NCBI RefSeq assembly: GCF_003334765.1
Contig: NZ_QOWT01000003.1
Length of the DNA stretch: 64,000 nt
Direction: 5' to 3' (one strand)
DNA from: Escherichia coli
GTDB taxonomy: Bacteria > Pseudomonadota > Gammaproteobacteria > Enterobacterales > Enterobacteriaceae
Shown: positions 1-9,809 of the stretch, piece by piece
Layout of the letters: each line of letters begins with the position of its first letter
How positions within the stretch are numbered: the stretch's first letter is position 1
Made by a program: the position numbers and the translations under genes
Notes under the pieces: generated by a model
Databases searched by the model: none
What the model was told of the DNA's origin: nothing
Seen by the model: only the letters and a program-made list of their open reading frames with translations

Positions 1-332
1 ATATCCCCCATAACCCTCTCCTTAGCTTATACAGATATCATTGAGTGACCGGTGTTGAGAAATCCGGTGGTTTAGGGGGATAGAGCAACAATCGCACCAC
101 TCTTGCCAGGTTTGGCGGGAAATATAAAAAAATGTGAGGCGGCTCGAAACTTAAGGGCTTTTTGTGAATGAACTCACAGGTGCTAAATGAGAATTAAAAT
201 CACTCCTGAAAATTATTATTGCCAGCCCATTTATCAATTTTTCTCTTTTCTCAAAATCAGTGATTCCTTATCATTATGATAATGAGTGCCGGAAGGATTA
301 AATATTTGAACGCAATCGTTTAACTACGTTTT

Positions 333-911
333 CTAAATTTCAGTATACCTTTCCTTCGCTGTAATAAAGTCGTCCGGAGTATCAATATCTAAAATTATTT
401 CTGCATTTTCTATTTCGACGGAATAATGATCTCCCATAAGGAGTGCCTGACGCATATTGGTGACATTGGGTCGTTGGATTGCCTGCATCAGGCATGGTTT
501 TGACACTAAAATCGGATGGCCGGGGATGCCATTATGGAGTGGCAGTATTGCGCCATCATTTCGTAACGACCAGATTTTTCTAAAAATATCGATGGTGAGG
601 GTTGGCATGTCACCGTGGGTGAGAAAACAATGTTCTGTTTGCACTTCGGGTACTGCGGCCTTGACGGATGTTAGTAAACCCTGCGCATAATCTGGGTTGT
701 GAATAATAGTGATATTGCTCTGGTTCGCATAACGTTCGTGCAGTTCATTACCACGATAGCCGGTGACTAAAATAATTCGGCTACAAAACTGCAACGCATT
801 TTTGATACTTGTATCAAGAATTGTTCCCTGTTCCCAGGGTAACATCATTTTCCATTGCCCCATTCTTGATGATAATCCGGCAGCGGTAATTATACAGTCG
901 ATGGCTGACAT
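333..911 (-). CDS. mocA: molybdenum cofactor cytidylyltransferase (MocA/YgfJ)
   Basis: 192-aa ORF with N-terminal nucleotidyltransferase glycine-rich motif (AAGLSSRMG); length and sequence match recalled E. coli YgfJ/MocA; divergent from yqeC. Confidence 0.9.
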   Translation of the reverse strand: MSAIDCIITAAGLSSRMGQWKMMLPWEQGTILDTSIKNALQFCSRIILVTGYRGNELHERYANQSNITIIHNPDYAQGLLTSVKAAVPEVQTEHCFLTHGDMPTLTIDIFRKIWSLRNDGAILPLHNGIPGHPILVSKPCLMQAIQRPNVTNMRQALLMGDHYSVEIENAEIILDIDTPDDFITAKERYTEI

Positions 912-1013
912 AGTGGTTCCATTATTTATAGGGGCTAATAACGCCTGATAATTGCGTTACTTCCTGATGGATTAAGTTGGGGATAATTTATCCCAGAGAG
1001 GTCATAAAGACTC

Positions 1014-1784
1014 GTGAAAAGTATAGTTGACCCATCGGCATTAGTCATTGATTTAGGTGCGCAGAAACGTCCCACTGTGATTTCTGTTGTTGGTGCTGGG
1101 GGGAAAACCAGCTTGCTTTTTTGGCTGGCAGAACTGCTCCAGGCTAGCGGCAGGCGTGTGTTAATCACGACGACGACACATATGTTTATGCCAACGTCTC
1201 ACTGGCCCGTGGTTTTCTGTCGTGATCCCGCCATGCTTCCTCATGCGTCTCTTACATCCCCCATTTCATTTTGTTTTCACAGCTGGAAAGCGAACCAGGG
1301 AAAAGTGCAGGGATTTACGCCAGAAGCGATTGATGCACTGGTGCAACGACCAGAGTGTGACGTAATTCTCATTGAAGCAGATGGCTCGCGTGGAATGCCG
1401 TTAAAAGCGCCTGATGAGCACGAACCTTGCATACCCAAAAGCAGTTGCTGCGTGATTGCTGTGATGGGAGGACATACTTTGGGCGCGAAAGTGAGCACAG
1501 AAAATGTCCATCGCTGGTCGCAGTTTGCTGATATTACCGGGTTAACACCTGATGCAACCTTGCAACTGAGCGATCTCGTTGCGCTGGTTCGCCACCCTCA
1601 GGGGGCGTTTAAAAACGTACCGCAAGGTTGTCGGCGAGTCTGGTTCATTAACCGTTTTTCTCAATGTGAGAATGCGATTGCACAAAGCGAGCTCCTTCAA
1701 CCGCTGCAACAACACGACGTAGAGGCAATCTGGCTGGGCGATATACAAGAACATCCTGCAATCGCGCGCAGATTTGTGAATTAG
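1014..1784 (+). CDS. yqeC: selenium-dependent molybdenum hydroxylase system protein YqeC (P-loop protein)
   Basis: 256-aa ORF with Walker A-like motif VVGAGGKTS; synteny with yqeB/mocA as in E. coli K-12. Confidence 0.88.
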   Translation: MKSIVDPSALVIDLGAQKRPTVISVVGAGGKTSLLFWLAELLQASGRRVLITTTTHMFMPTSHWPVVFCRDPAMLPHASLTSPISFCFHSWKANQGKVQGFTPEAIDALVQRPECDVILIEADGSRGMPLKAPDEHEPCIPKSSCCVIAVMGGHTLGAKVSTENVHRWSQFADITGLTPDATLQLSDLVALVRHPQGAFKNVPQGCRRVWFINRFSQCENAIAQSELLQPLQQHDVEAIWLGDIQEHPAIARRFVN

Positions 1785-1831
1785 CGGCCCGGGTATTCCG
1801 GGTTACTGAAAGGATATCCATTGAGGTTGGT

Positions 1832-3457
1832 ATGAATATTTTCACAGAGGCTGCAAAACTCGAAGAGCAAAATTGTCCGTTTGCTATGGCGCAAATTGTT
1901 GATAGCCGAGGCTCGACTCCCCGCCATTCTGCACAAATGTTAGTGCGCGCCGATGGTTCTATCGTCGGTACAATTGGTGGCGGAATGGTTGAGCGGAAGG
2001 TGATTGAAGAGTCGCTTCAGGCATTGCAGGAACGTAAGCCGCGATTATTCCATGGACGTATGGCTCGTAACGGTGCGGATGCTGTCGGGTCAGATTGTGG
2101 AGGTGCAATGTCAGTATTTATCAGCGTCCATGGTATGCGTCCACGTCTGGTGTTGATTGGCGCGGGGCATGTCAACCGGGCGATAGCCCAGAGTGCGGCG
2201 CTATTAGGATTTGATATTGCCGTTGCTGATATTTATCGCGAAAGCCTCAATCCTGAACTATTCCCACCATCAACCACGCTTCTCCATGCTGAGTCGTTTG
2301 GTGCGGCAGTGGAAGCACTGGATATTCGCCCTGATAATTTTGTCCTGATTGCCACGAATAATCAGGATCGTGAAGCCCTCGACAAACTCATTGAACAGCC
2401 CATTGCATGGTTGGGGTTGCTGGCAAGTCGTCGCAAGGTTCAGCTTTTCCTGCGTCAATTGCGTGAGAAAGGCGTGGCTGAAGAACATATTGCCCGTTTA
2501 CATGCGCCCGTTGGTTACAACATAGGTGCGGAAACGCCGCAGGAGATCGCCATCAGCGTGCTGGCAGAAATATTACAGGTGAAAAATAACGCGCCGGGTG
2601 GGCTGATGATGAAACCTTCTCATCCTTCCGGACACCAGCTGGTGGTGATTCGCGGTGCGGGAGATATCGCCAGTGGTGTGGCGCTACGTCTGTATCATGC
2701 GGGTTTTAAAGTGATCATGCTGGAAGTGGAAAAACCGACAGTGATTCGTTGTACCGTGGCGTTTGCCCAGGCCGTGTTCGATGGCGAAATGACGGTCGAA
2801 GGCGTCACTGCTCGCCTGGCAACCAGCTCTGCGGAAGCGATGAAACTTACCGAACGCGGATTCATTCCTGTGATGGTAGATCCCGCCTGTTCATTGCTTG
2901 ATGAACTGAAACCGCTTTGCGTGGTGGACGCTATTCTGGCGAAACAGAATTTGGGAACGCGGGCAGATATGGCACCAGTAACAATCGCGCTTGGGCCGGG
3001 CTTTACTGCTGGGAAGGATTGTCATGCGGTAATTGAAACAAATCGCGGGCACTGGCTCGGTCAGGTGATTTACTCTGGTTGTGCGCAGGAGAATACCGGT
3101 GTTCCTGGCAATATTATGGGGCATACCACCCGACGGGTGATCCGTGCTCCTGCTGCAGGCATTATGCGATCCAACGTGAAATTAGGCGATCTGGTGAAAG
3201 AGGGCGATGTGATTGCCTGGATTGGTGAGCATGAAATTAAAGCACCGTTGACGGGGATGGTGCGTGGCTTGTTGAACGACGGCCTGGCAGTGGTTGGTGG
3301 TTTTAAAATTGGTGATATCGATCCTCGTGGTGAAACCGCTGATTTCACCAGCGTTTCTGATAAAGCCCGGGCGATTGGCGGCGGCGTACTTGAGGCGTTA
3401 ATGATGTTGATGCATCAGGGCGTGAAAGCGACAAAAGAAGTGCTGGAAGTGGCTTAA
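1832..3457 (+). CDS. yqeB: XdhC/CoxI-family molybdenum hydroxylase accessory protein YqeB
   Basis: 541-aa ORF, length and synteny match K-12 YqeB; tandem XdhC-like domains inferred from sequence pattern. Confidence 0.88.
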   Translation: MNIFTEAAKLEEQNCPFAMAQIVDSRGSTPRHSAQMLVRADGSIVGTIGGGMVERKVIEESLQALQERKPRLFHGRMARNGADAVGSDCGGAMSVFISVHGMRPRLVLIGAGHVNRAIAQSAALLGFDIAVADIYRESLNPELFPPSTTLLHAESFGAAVEALDIRPDNFVLIATNNQDREALDKLIEQPIAWLGLLASRRKVQLFLRQLREKGVAEEHIARLHAPVGYNIGAETPQEIAISVLAEILQVKNNAPGGLMMKPSHPSGHQLVVIRGAGDIASGVALRLYHAGFKVIMLEVEKPTVIRCTVAFAQAVFDGEMTVEGVTARLATSSAEAMKLTERGFIPVMVDPACSLLDELKPLCVVDAILAKQNLGTRADMAPVTIALGPGFTAGKDCHAVIETNRGHWLGQVIYSGCAQENTGVPGNIMGHTTRRVIRAPAAGIMRSNVKLGDLVKEGDVIAWIGEHEIKAPLTGMVRGLLNDGLAVVGGFKIGDIDPRGETADFTSVSDKARAIGGGVLEALMMLMHQGVKATKEVLEVA

Positions 3458-3464
3458 ATGAAAA

Positions 3465-3492
3465 TGGCCGGATGGTATTACCCACCCGGCCT
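3465..3492. repeat. 28-bp GC-rich hairpin repeat, copy 1 (tggccggatggtattacccacccggcct)
   Basis: Exact 28-bp direct repeat of the copy at 3645..3672; internal imperfect inverted repeat ggccggatgg/ccacccggcc; lies just after the yqeB stop. Confidence 0.7.
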
Positions 3493-3516
3493 GAGACTGA
3501 TGACAAACGCCAAATT

Positions 3517-3617
3517 GCCTGATGCGCTACGCTTATCAGGCCTACAAGTGCATTGCAATCTATTGAATTTGCTATGTTTTGTAGGACGGATAAGGCGCTC
3601 GCGCCGCATCCGGCATC
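3517..3617. repeat. REP/BIME-like element (two inverted REP palindromic units)
   Basis: gcctgatgcgctacgcttatcaggcctac and gtaggacggataaggcgctcgcgccgcatccggcatc resemble E. coli REP units in opposite orientations, between convergent yqeB and yqeA. Confidence 0.65.
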
Positions 3618-3644
3618 AACAAAGCGCACTTACTTGACAATCTT

Positions 3645-3672
3645 TGGCCGGATGGTATTACCCACCCGGCCT
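3645..3672. repeat. 28-bp GC-rich hairpin repeat, copy 2
   Basis: Identical to 3465..3492; lies just after the yqeA stop (minus strand). Confidence 0.7.
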
Positions 3673-3677
3673 TTAAA

Positions 3678-4610
3678 TTACTGACAAATCACCGTTCCTG
3701 TTTTGCCTTCAATCCCTTCTTTCGCTTTGCTCAATACGGTAATCAGTGCTTCACGACCTGCGCGAGAGCGAGCAAACGAGGCGGCAGCTTCCACTTTAGG
3801 CAGCATAGAACCTTTCGCAAAATGACCTTCTTCGATAAAGCGTTCAGCATCACTTAATGACAGGCGATCGAGCCACTGTTCATTCTCTTTACCGAAGTTA
3901 ATGGCCACTTTTTCTACCGCAGTCAGAATGATCAGCATATCGGCATCAATCATTTCTGCTAAACGGGCGCTGGCCCAGTCTTTATCGATAACCGCGCTGG
4001 CACCACGCAGATGGTTACCTTCACGAATAACAGGGATACCACCACCGCCAACGGTGATCACCACCTGACCTGCATCTACCAGAGCTTTAACCGTTTCTTT
4101 TTCAATGATATCAACCGGTTTTGGCGAGGCAACAACACGGCGATAGCCGCGACCAGCATCTTCTTTCAGAGTGTAACCCTGTTTTGTCAGTTGCTCTGCT
4201 TCTTGCTCGGTAAAGAACGAACCGATCGGCTTGGTCGGGTTGAGGAATGCCGGATCGTTAGCGTCGACTTCGACCTGAGTAACCAGCGTTGCTACAGGTT
4301 TATTAATGCCCCGAGAAAGCAGTTCTTCTCTTAAAGCGTTTTGTAGATCGTAACCAATATAACCCTGGCTTAATGCAACACAGACAGACATCGGCAGCAT
4401 TGGCGAGTGCGCTTCAGTTTTTGCGGCAGCTTCAAAGGCCTGGTTAATCATGCCCACCTGCGGCCCGTTACCATGAGTGACGATAACTTCATGTCCCTGG
4501 GCAATTAAATCAACAATTGCCTGAGAAGTAATTTTTACCGCTTTCATTTGCCCGGCCAGGTCATCGCCCAGCGCATTCCCGCCCAGGGCGAGAACAATTT
4601 TCTTACTCAT
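3678..4610 (-). CDS. yqeA: carbamate kinase-like protein YqeA
   Basis: 310-aa ORF; carbamate kinase/amino acid kinase family pattern (KIVLALGGNAL N-terminus); last gene of the ygeW-yqeA cluster. Confidence 0.9.
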   Translation of the reverse strand: MSKKIVLALGGNALGDDLAGQMKAVKITSQAIVDLIAQGHEVIVTHGNGPQVGMINQAFEAAAKTEAHSPMLPMSVCVALSQGYIGYDLQNALREELLSRGINKPVATLVTQVEVDANDPAFLNPTKPIGSFFTEQEAEQLTKQGYTLKEDAGRGYRRVVASPKPVDIIEKETVKALVDAGQVVITVGGGGIPVIREGNHLRGASAVIDKDWASARLAEMIDADMLIILTAVEKVAINFGKENEQWLDRLSLSDAERFIEEGHFAKGSMLPKVEAAASFARSRAGREALITVLSKAKEGIEGKTGTVICQ

Positions 4611-4657
4611 TTTTCCTCACTCATCATTCTTGATTGTGTATAGATCCCTGGCAGTGG

Positions 4658-6043
4658 TTAGAGCACGGGAGGGACAAACGGTTTGCGTCGCAGGAAACGA
4701 CCTCGCCCGGCTTTGCCTGTAAAGGTGCCGTCACAGAAAATCGTTTCACCACGGGATAAGGTTCTGACAATCGCGCCCTGACAGGTAAAACCCTCCCATG
4801 GCGAGTAGTCGGCGTTGTCGTGGAGATGGCGATGCTGAATTTGTTGGCTCTGACGTGGGTCGATAATCACCACGTCGCCGTCGGAACCGGGCGCTAATAA
4901 TCCTTTTTGCGGCCACAGGCCAAACAACCTGGCGGGCATTGCGCTGGTTAATTCAACAAAGCGTTCCGGTGTTATACGTCCCGTCATCACGCCACTGGAA
5001 AACAGTAACTGCATGCGGTTTTCCACACCGGGTAAGCCATTTGGGCAGCGACTGAAATCGCCTTTAGAAATTTGCAGGCGTTGAGCCATCGAGAAGGTGC
5101 AGTGATCGGTTGCCACCACGTCAATCGCACCATCGCTGATGCCACACCACAGTTTGTCCTGCTCGCGTACGTTACGCAGCGGTGGGCTAAGAATGAACTT
5201 CATGCCATCTTCTGTATCGTAACTGCGTTCGTCCAACAGGAGATATTGTGGGCAGGTTTCAACCCAGACTGGCTGGTGATTCGCACGGGCAAGACGCAGA
5301 TAATCCAGACCTAAGCCGTTAGACAGGTGCACGATATAGAGCGGGGCGTTACCGGCAATTTGTGCCAGGTTAATCATGCGGGCGATGGCTTCCGCTTCGC
5401 ATTCCAGAGGGCGACTCAAGGCATGATAGCGCGGCGCGGTTAACCCTGCGGCGATAAATTCCGCCCGCTTGCTGGCGATAGCCGCATCATTTTCCGGGTG
5501 CACGGTGGTCAGCGCGCCGGATTCATGCAAGCGGCGTAATGCCTGCAAAACCTCGTCATCGTTGAGTTTGTATTGATAGGTTAAATAGAGTTTAAAACTG
5601 CTCAGTCCTTCCTCGACCATCATCGGGATTTCGTCGAGGATTGCGTGATTAATGTGCTGGATCACACCGTGAAAGCTGTAATCGATGACCGCTTTATGGG
5701 CGGCATAACCACGATAAACCTCCAGTTGATGGCGTAACCGACAGCCGTTTGGGCCAAATCCCATATGGTCAATAATGGTTGTTGTACCGCCACACGCAGC
5801 TGCGCGGGTACCGGTAAAAAAATCATCACAACTGCGCGCGATGCCGACATCAATATTGAAATGCGTATGGACATCCACGCCGCCAGGGAAAACGTAACAG
5901 CCAGTGGCATCAATTTCTTCATACGGGAGCTGCGGCGAAATATTGTTGCCCAACTGGCGAACAATCCCGCTTTCAATCAGCAAATCCTGTTTGGCTTGTC
6001 CATCTGCGTTAACGACAGTGCCGTTTTTGATCAATACGCGCAT
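4658..6043 (-). CDS. hyuA: D-phenylhydantoinase / dihydropyrimidinase-family amidohydrolase HyuA (YgeZ)
   Basis: ORF track gives 4658..6055 from a TTG; an ATG at 6043 preceded by GGAG gives the 461-aa protein starting MRVLIKNG; metal-binding HxH motif (DVHTH) present. Confidence 0.9.
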   Translation of the reverse strand: MRVLIKNGTVVNADGQAKQDLLIESGIVRQLGNNISPQLPYEEIDATGCYVFPGGVDVHTHFNIDVGIARSCDDFFTGTRAAACGGTTTIIDHMGFGPNGCRLRHQLEVYRGYAAHKAVIDYSFHGVIQHINHAILDEIPMMVEEGLSSFKLYLTYQYKLNDDEVLQALRRLHESGALTTVHPENDAAIASKRAEFIAAGLTAPRYHALSRPLECEAEAIARMINLAQIAGNAPLYIVHLSNGLGLDYLRLARANHQPVWVETCPQYLLLDERSYDTEDGMKFILSPPLRNVREQDKLWCGISDGAIDVVATDHCTFSMAQRLQISKGDFSRCPNGLPGVENRMQLLFSSGVMTGRITPERFVELTSAMPARLFGLWPQKGLLAPGSDGDVVIIDPRQSQQIQHRHLHDNADYSPWEGFTCQGAIVRTLSRGETIFCDGTFTGKAGRGRFLRRKPFVPPVL

Positions 6044-6095
6044 AGCAAACTCCAAAAACCCTCCGGCGAACCGGAGGGGAATAAGTGAAGAGTAA

Positions 6096-7307
6096 TTACT
6101 CTGTTGCCAGCCAGCTTAACGGGATTGCAGCGTACATCGCGGCACAGGTCACCAGGTGAGATTTCCAGGTTTTTTCGTTAGGTGCATGCGCTTCAGGTTC
6201 TTTACCCGGGCCAAAGCCGATCACCGGAATGCCGTGACGGCCCATGATAGATACGCCGTTAGTTGAGAAGGTCCACTTATCAACAACCGGCGCTTTGCCA
6301 AACAGCCCTTCGTAGGCATTCACCAGTGCTTTAACGGTGAAGTGATCTTCTTCCACTTTCCAGGTCGGGAAGTAGCATTCGGTTGGGTAAACCAGGCCAG
6401 TCCAGGACGGACGGTCGTAGTTGTACATAGAAACAACCGCGTTAGCTTTCTGTACTGCAGGCAGGGCGCGGATTTCGTCCAGCGCGCCTTCCCAGGTTTC
6501 GCCCCAGGTCAGACGACGGTCGATTGAAACTGCGCAGCTGTCTGCTACAGCGCAACGGCTTGGGGATGTGAAGAAGATTTCAGAAACGGTGAGGGTGCCT
6601 TTGCCGAGGAATTCGTCATAACCCAGACGTTGGGAGAGTTCTTGTAATTCGCCAAGAATCGGACCCATTTTGAAAATGGCGTTATCACCGCGTTCTGGTG
6701 CAGAACCGTGGCAGCTAACACCCTGAACATCAATACGAATTTCCATACGACCGCGCTGACCACGGTATACCTGGCAGTCGGTTGGTTCGGTACTGACCAC
6801 AAATTCCGGGCGAATGCCGGATTGTTCAATAATGTACTGCCAGCACAGACCGTCGCAGTCTTCTTCCTGCACCGTACCGGTAACCAGCAGGGTATATTCA
6901 TCTTCCAGACCGAGGTCTTTAATGATTTTACCGGCATAAACCATAGAGGCCATGCCACCTTCCTGGTCGGAAGTACCGCGACCACCAATCAGTTCATCAG
7001 TTTCCATGCCTTCGTACGGATCGAAGTCCCAGTTTTTGATGTTGCCAATGCCGACGGTATCGATATGAGCGTCCATTGCCACCAGACGCGGGCCGTGGCC
7101 GATATAACCGAGAACGTTGCCCATCGGGTCGATTTCAACTTTATCGAAGCCGACTTTTTCCATCTCTTCTTTAATACGATGTACTACGCGTTTCTCGTCG
7201 CAGCTTTCACTGGGAATAGCAACCATGTCGCGCAGGAAGCGAGTCATATCCGCCTGGTAATCTTTTGCTTTTTCAAGAATCAGTTTGAATGGAATATTCT
7301 TAGCCAT
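6096..7307 (-). CDS. ygeY: M20-family peptidase/amidohydrolase YgeY
   Basis: 403-aa ORF; synteny and length match K-12 YgeY. Confidence 0.88.
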
Positions 7308-7364
7308 TATTTTTCTCCAGATTTTTTACTCCCCGTTTTGCAGGGAGCAGTTCCAATAGGGTGA

Positions 7365-8561
7365 TTAAGGTGCTACAGCGTGTTTGCCTTCCCAGACAAC
7401 TTCGCGGTAGTGCTTCACGTCGGTGTCGCCTTCAGTGCTGATAACCAGCACCACGGCATCTTTGTTCAGCGCCAGTTTTTCCATCAGGCTTTGACGTTGC
7501 GGGTGATAATGAACCGCTGCGAGAACGCCCAAACCGACAGCGCCGGATTCACCGGAGATGATGCGCGGGTCGTTGCCGTACGGATTACCCAGCACGCGCA
7601 TACCTAATGCGGCAACGCTGTCCTGGCAGGAGATGAATTGGGTGGCGCAGTTACGTAGGATTTCCCAGCCCAGCGGGTTAGGTTCGCCACAGGCCAGGCC
7701 TGCCATGATGGTGGCCATATCACCGCCAACGTTGACGATGTCGCCTTTGACGCCGGAGCGATAAATACAGTCAGCTTTGTCAGGTTCAACAATAATGCTG
7801 TGCAGATTTTGCGGGCTATAGACGTCGACCAGATAACCCAGCACACCACCGGCCATTGCTCCGACACCGGCTTGCAGCAGAACGTGCGTCGGGGTTACGC
7901 CCATTTCACGCATTTGCTCGACGGCTTCATCTGCCAGGGTTGCGTAGCCTTGCATGATCCAGGTTGGGATTTTGGTGTAACCTTCCCATGCCGTGTCCTG
8001 TACCACTTCCCAGCCGTGCTGCTGCGCGTGTTGCATGGTCAGGCGAACGGTATCGTCATAGTTCATATCCGTGACGATGCACTCGGCACCGAGGTTCAGA
8101 ATGGCGTCAACGCGTTCCTGAGCAGAACCTTTCGGCATGTAAATCACCGCATTCTGTCCGAGTTGCTGTGCTGCCCACGCCACACCGCGCCCGTGGTTGC
8201 CGTCGGTGGTGGTCGCGAAAGTCATTTTTTCGCCGATGGCATTTTTCAGGTGCTCAAATGACAGCGTTTCGATATCAAGATGATATTTTTCACACAATAA
8301 TTGAGCGATGGCGTACGCACCGCCAAGCATTTTGAAGGCGTTCAGACCGAATCGTTTTGATTCGTCTTTGACGAGAATTTTCTTCACACCAAAAAGGTTT
8401 GCGAGATCGTCCAGCGCACAAAGCGGTGTTGGGCGATAACCAGCTATTTTCTGGTGGAACTGGCGCGCCAGTTTGGCCTGGCTTTGCGAAAAGAGCGGTG
8501 ATGTTTCGCCGTTGAAAAATTTGTTATCGGCGATATCAATCTTCAATGAGAAAACGGACAT
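7365..8561 (-). CDS. ygeX: 2,3-diaminopropionate ammonia-lyase (PLP-dependent) YgeX/DpaL
   Basis: 398-aa ORF; synteny and length match K-12 YgeX. Confidence 0.9.
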   Translation of the reverse strand: MSVFSLKIDIADNKFFNGETSPLFSQSQAKLARQFHQKIAGYRPTPLCALDDLANLFGVKKILVKDESKRFGLNAFKMLGGAYAIAQLLCEKYHLDIETLSFEHLKNAIGEKMTFATTTDGNHGRGVAWAAQQLGQNAVIYMPKGSAQERVDAILNLGAECIVTDMNYDDTVRLTMQHAQQHGWEVVQDTAWEGYTKIPTWIMQGYATLADEAVEQMREMGVTPTHVLLQAGVGAMAGGVLGYLVDVYSPQNLHSIIVEPDKADCIYRSGVKGDIVNVGGDMATIMAGLACGEPNPLGWEILRNCATQFISCQDSVAALGMRVLGNPYGNDPRIISGESGAVGLGVLAAVHYHPQRQSLMEKLALNKDAVVLVISTEGDTDVKHYREVVWEGKHAVAP

Positions 8562-8618
8562 ATCCTATCCTTTTGGCCTCTGGAAATAGAGGGCCGACCA
8601 GCTGATCGGCCCGAGGGG

Positions 8619-9809
8619 TTATTTCACGCGTTCTTGCGCTTCTTTCAGCAGTTGCTCGAGCAGTGCACCTGGTTTGGCGTATTTACGGGACAGGATCATC
8701 GCGGCGATGATATAAGGCTTCCAGCTGGCTTCTTTGTAGGTAGCGATACGGTATTTTTCGAATACGCCTTCAGTCACTTCACCTTCTTTACAGGATACGC
8801 CGCTGATATCAGCTGGCAGGCAGTGCATGTACAGGGCTTCGCCATCACGGGTCAGTTCCATCATCTCTTCAGTACAATGCCAGTCTTTGTGTTGCGCGTT
8901 CTGTGCCAGACACTGTTTTTCCAGTGCTTTTAAGCCTTCGTGATCGTTCGCACGCAGCAATTCAGTACGCTCTTCCATCACTTTGTAAGGTGCCCATGAC
9001 TTCGGATAAACGATGTCTGCGTCTTTGAAGGCTTCTTCCATGCTGGTGACCTGACGGAAGCTACCACCGGAGGCTTTAGCATTGTTTTTCGCCACTTCAA
9101 CCACATCCGGGATCAGGTCGTAGCCTTCCGGATGGGCCAGGGTGACATCCATACCGAAGCGAGTCATCAGACCGATGATGCCTTGTGGTACAGAGAGCGG
9201 TTTGCCATAGCTTGGAGAGTAGGCCCAGGTCATGGCGATTTTTTTACCTTTCAGGTTTTCCAGTGAACCAAAGTGTTCACGTAACCACGCGAGGTCAGCC
9301 ATTGACTGAGTCGGGTGGTCAATATCGCATTGCAGGTTCACTAAAGCCGGACGCTGTGGCAGTACACCCTGCTTGTAACCGTCATCAAGTGCAGCGCCAA
9401 CTTCACGCATATAGGCGTTGCCTGCGCCCAGATACATATCGTCGCGAATACCAATAGCGTCGGCGCAGAAGGAGATCATATTGGCGGTTTCACGCACGGT
9501 TTCGCCGTGAGCGATTTGTGATTTGCCTTCGTCGAGATCTTGTTGTGCAAGGCCGAGCAGGTTAAGCGCGGAAGCATAAGAGAAGCGGGTACGGGTGGAG
9601 TTGTCGCGGAATACGGAAATACCTAATCCACTATTAAAGACTTTGGTTGAGATGTTTTCAGCACGCAGTGCTTTTAATGCTGCGGCAACGTCCAGTACTT
9701 GTTTCAGTTCATCTGGCGTCTGTTCCCACGTTAACAAAAAATCTTTCTCGTGAAGGTGAGAGGTCAGCGAATTGATATCCTTAATCAGCTCATTAACAGT
9801 TTTCATCAT
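8619..9809 (-). CDS. ygeW: YgeW, transcarbamylase-family protein of uncertain substrate
   Basis: 396-aa ORF; aspartate/ornithine carbamoyltransferase fold family by sequence pattern; first gene of a co-directional five-gene cluster. Confidence 0.9.
   Translation of the reverse strand: MMKTVNELIKDINSLTSHLHEKDFLLTWEQTPDELKQVLDVAAALKALRAENISTKVFNSGLGISVFRDNSTRTRFSYASALNLLGLAQQDLDEGKSQIAHGETVRETANMISFCADAIGIRDDMYLGAGNAYMREVGAALDDGYKQGVLPQRPALVNLQCDIDHPTQSMADLAWLREHFGSLENLKGKKIAMTWAYSPSYGKPLSVPQGIIGLMTRFGMDVTLAHPEGYDLIPDVVEVAKNNAKASGGSFRQVTSMEEAFKDADIVYPKSWAPYKVMEERTELLRANDHEGLKALEKQCLAQNAQHKDWHCTEEMMELTRDGEALYMHCLPADISGVSCKEGEVTEGVFEKYRIATYKEASWKPYIIAAMILSRKYAKPGALLEQLLKEAQERVK

Noticed and set aside
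457-690. Many 60-150 aa ORFs on the opposite strand or in alternative frames inside confidently identified genes (for example 457..690, 6708..7364, 14275..14586, 37461..37967, 48539..48961)
   Set aside because: They lie entirely within well-supported long CDSs, have no recognisable protein features and are the expected frame-shadow noise of GC-biased coding sequence.
3465-3672. The 28-bp hairpin repeats as classical rho-independent terminators for yqeB and yqeA
   Set aside because: Neither copy is followed by a T-run on the relevant strand; they are better described as REP-associated structured repeats.
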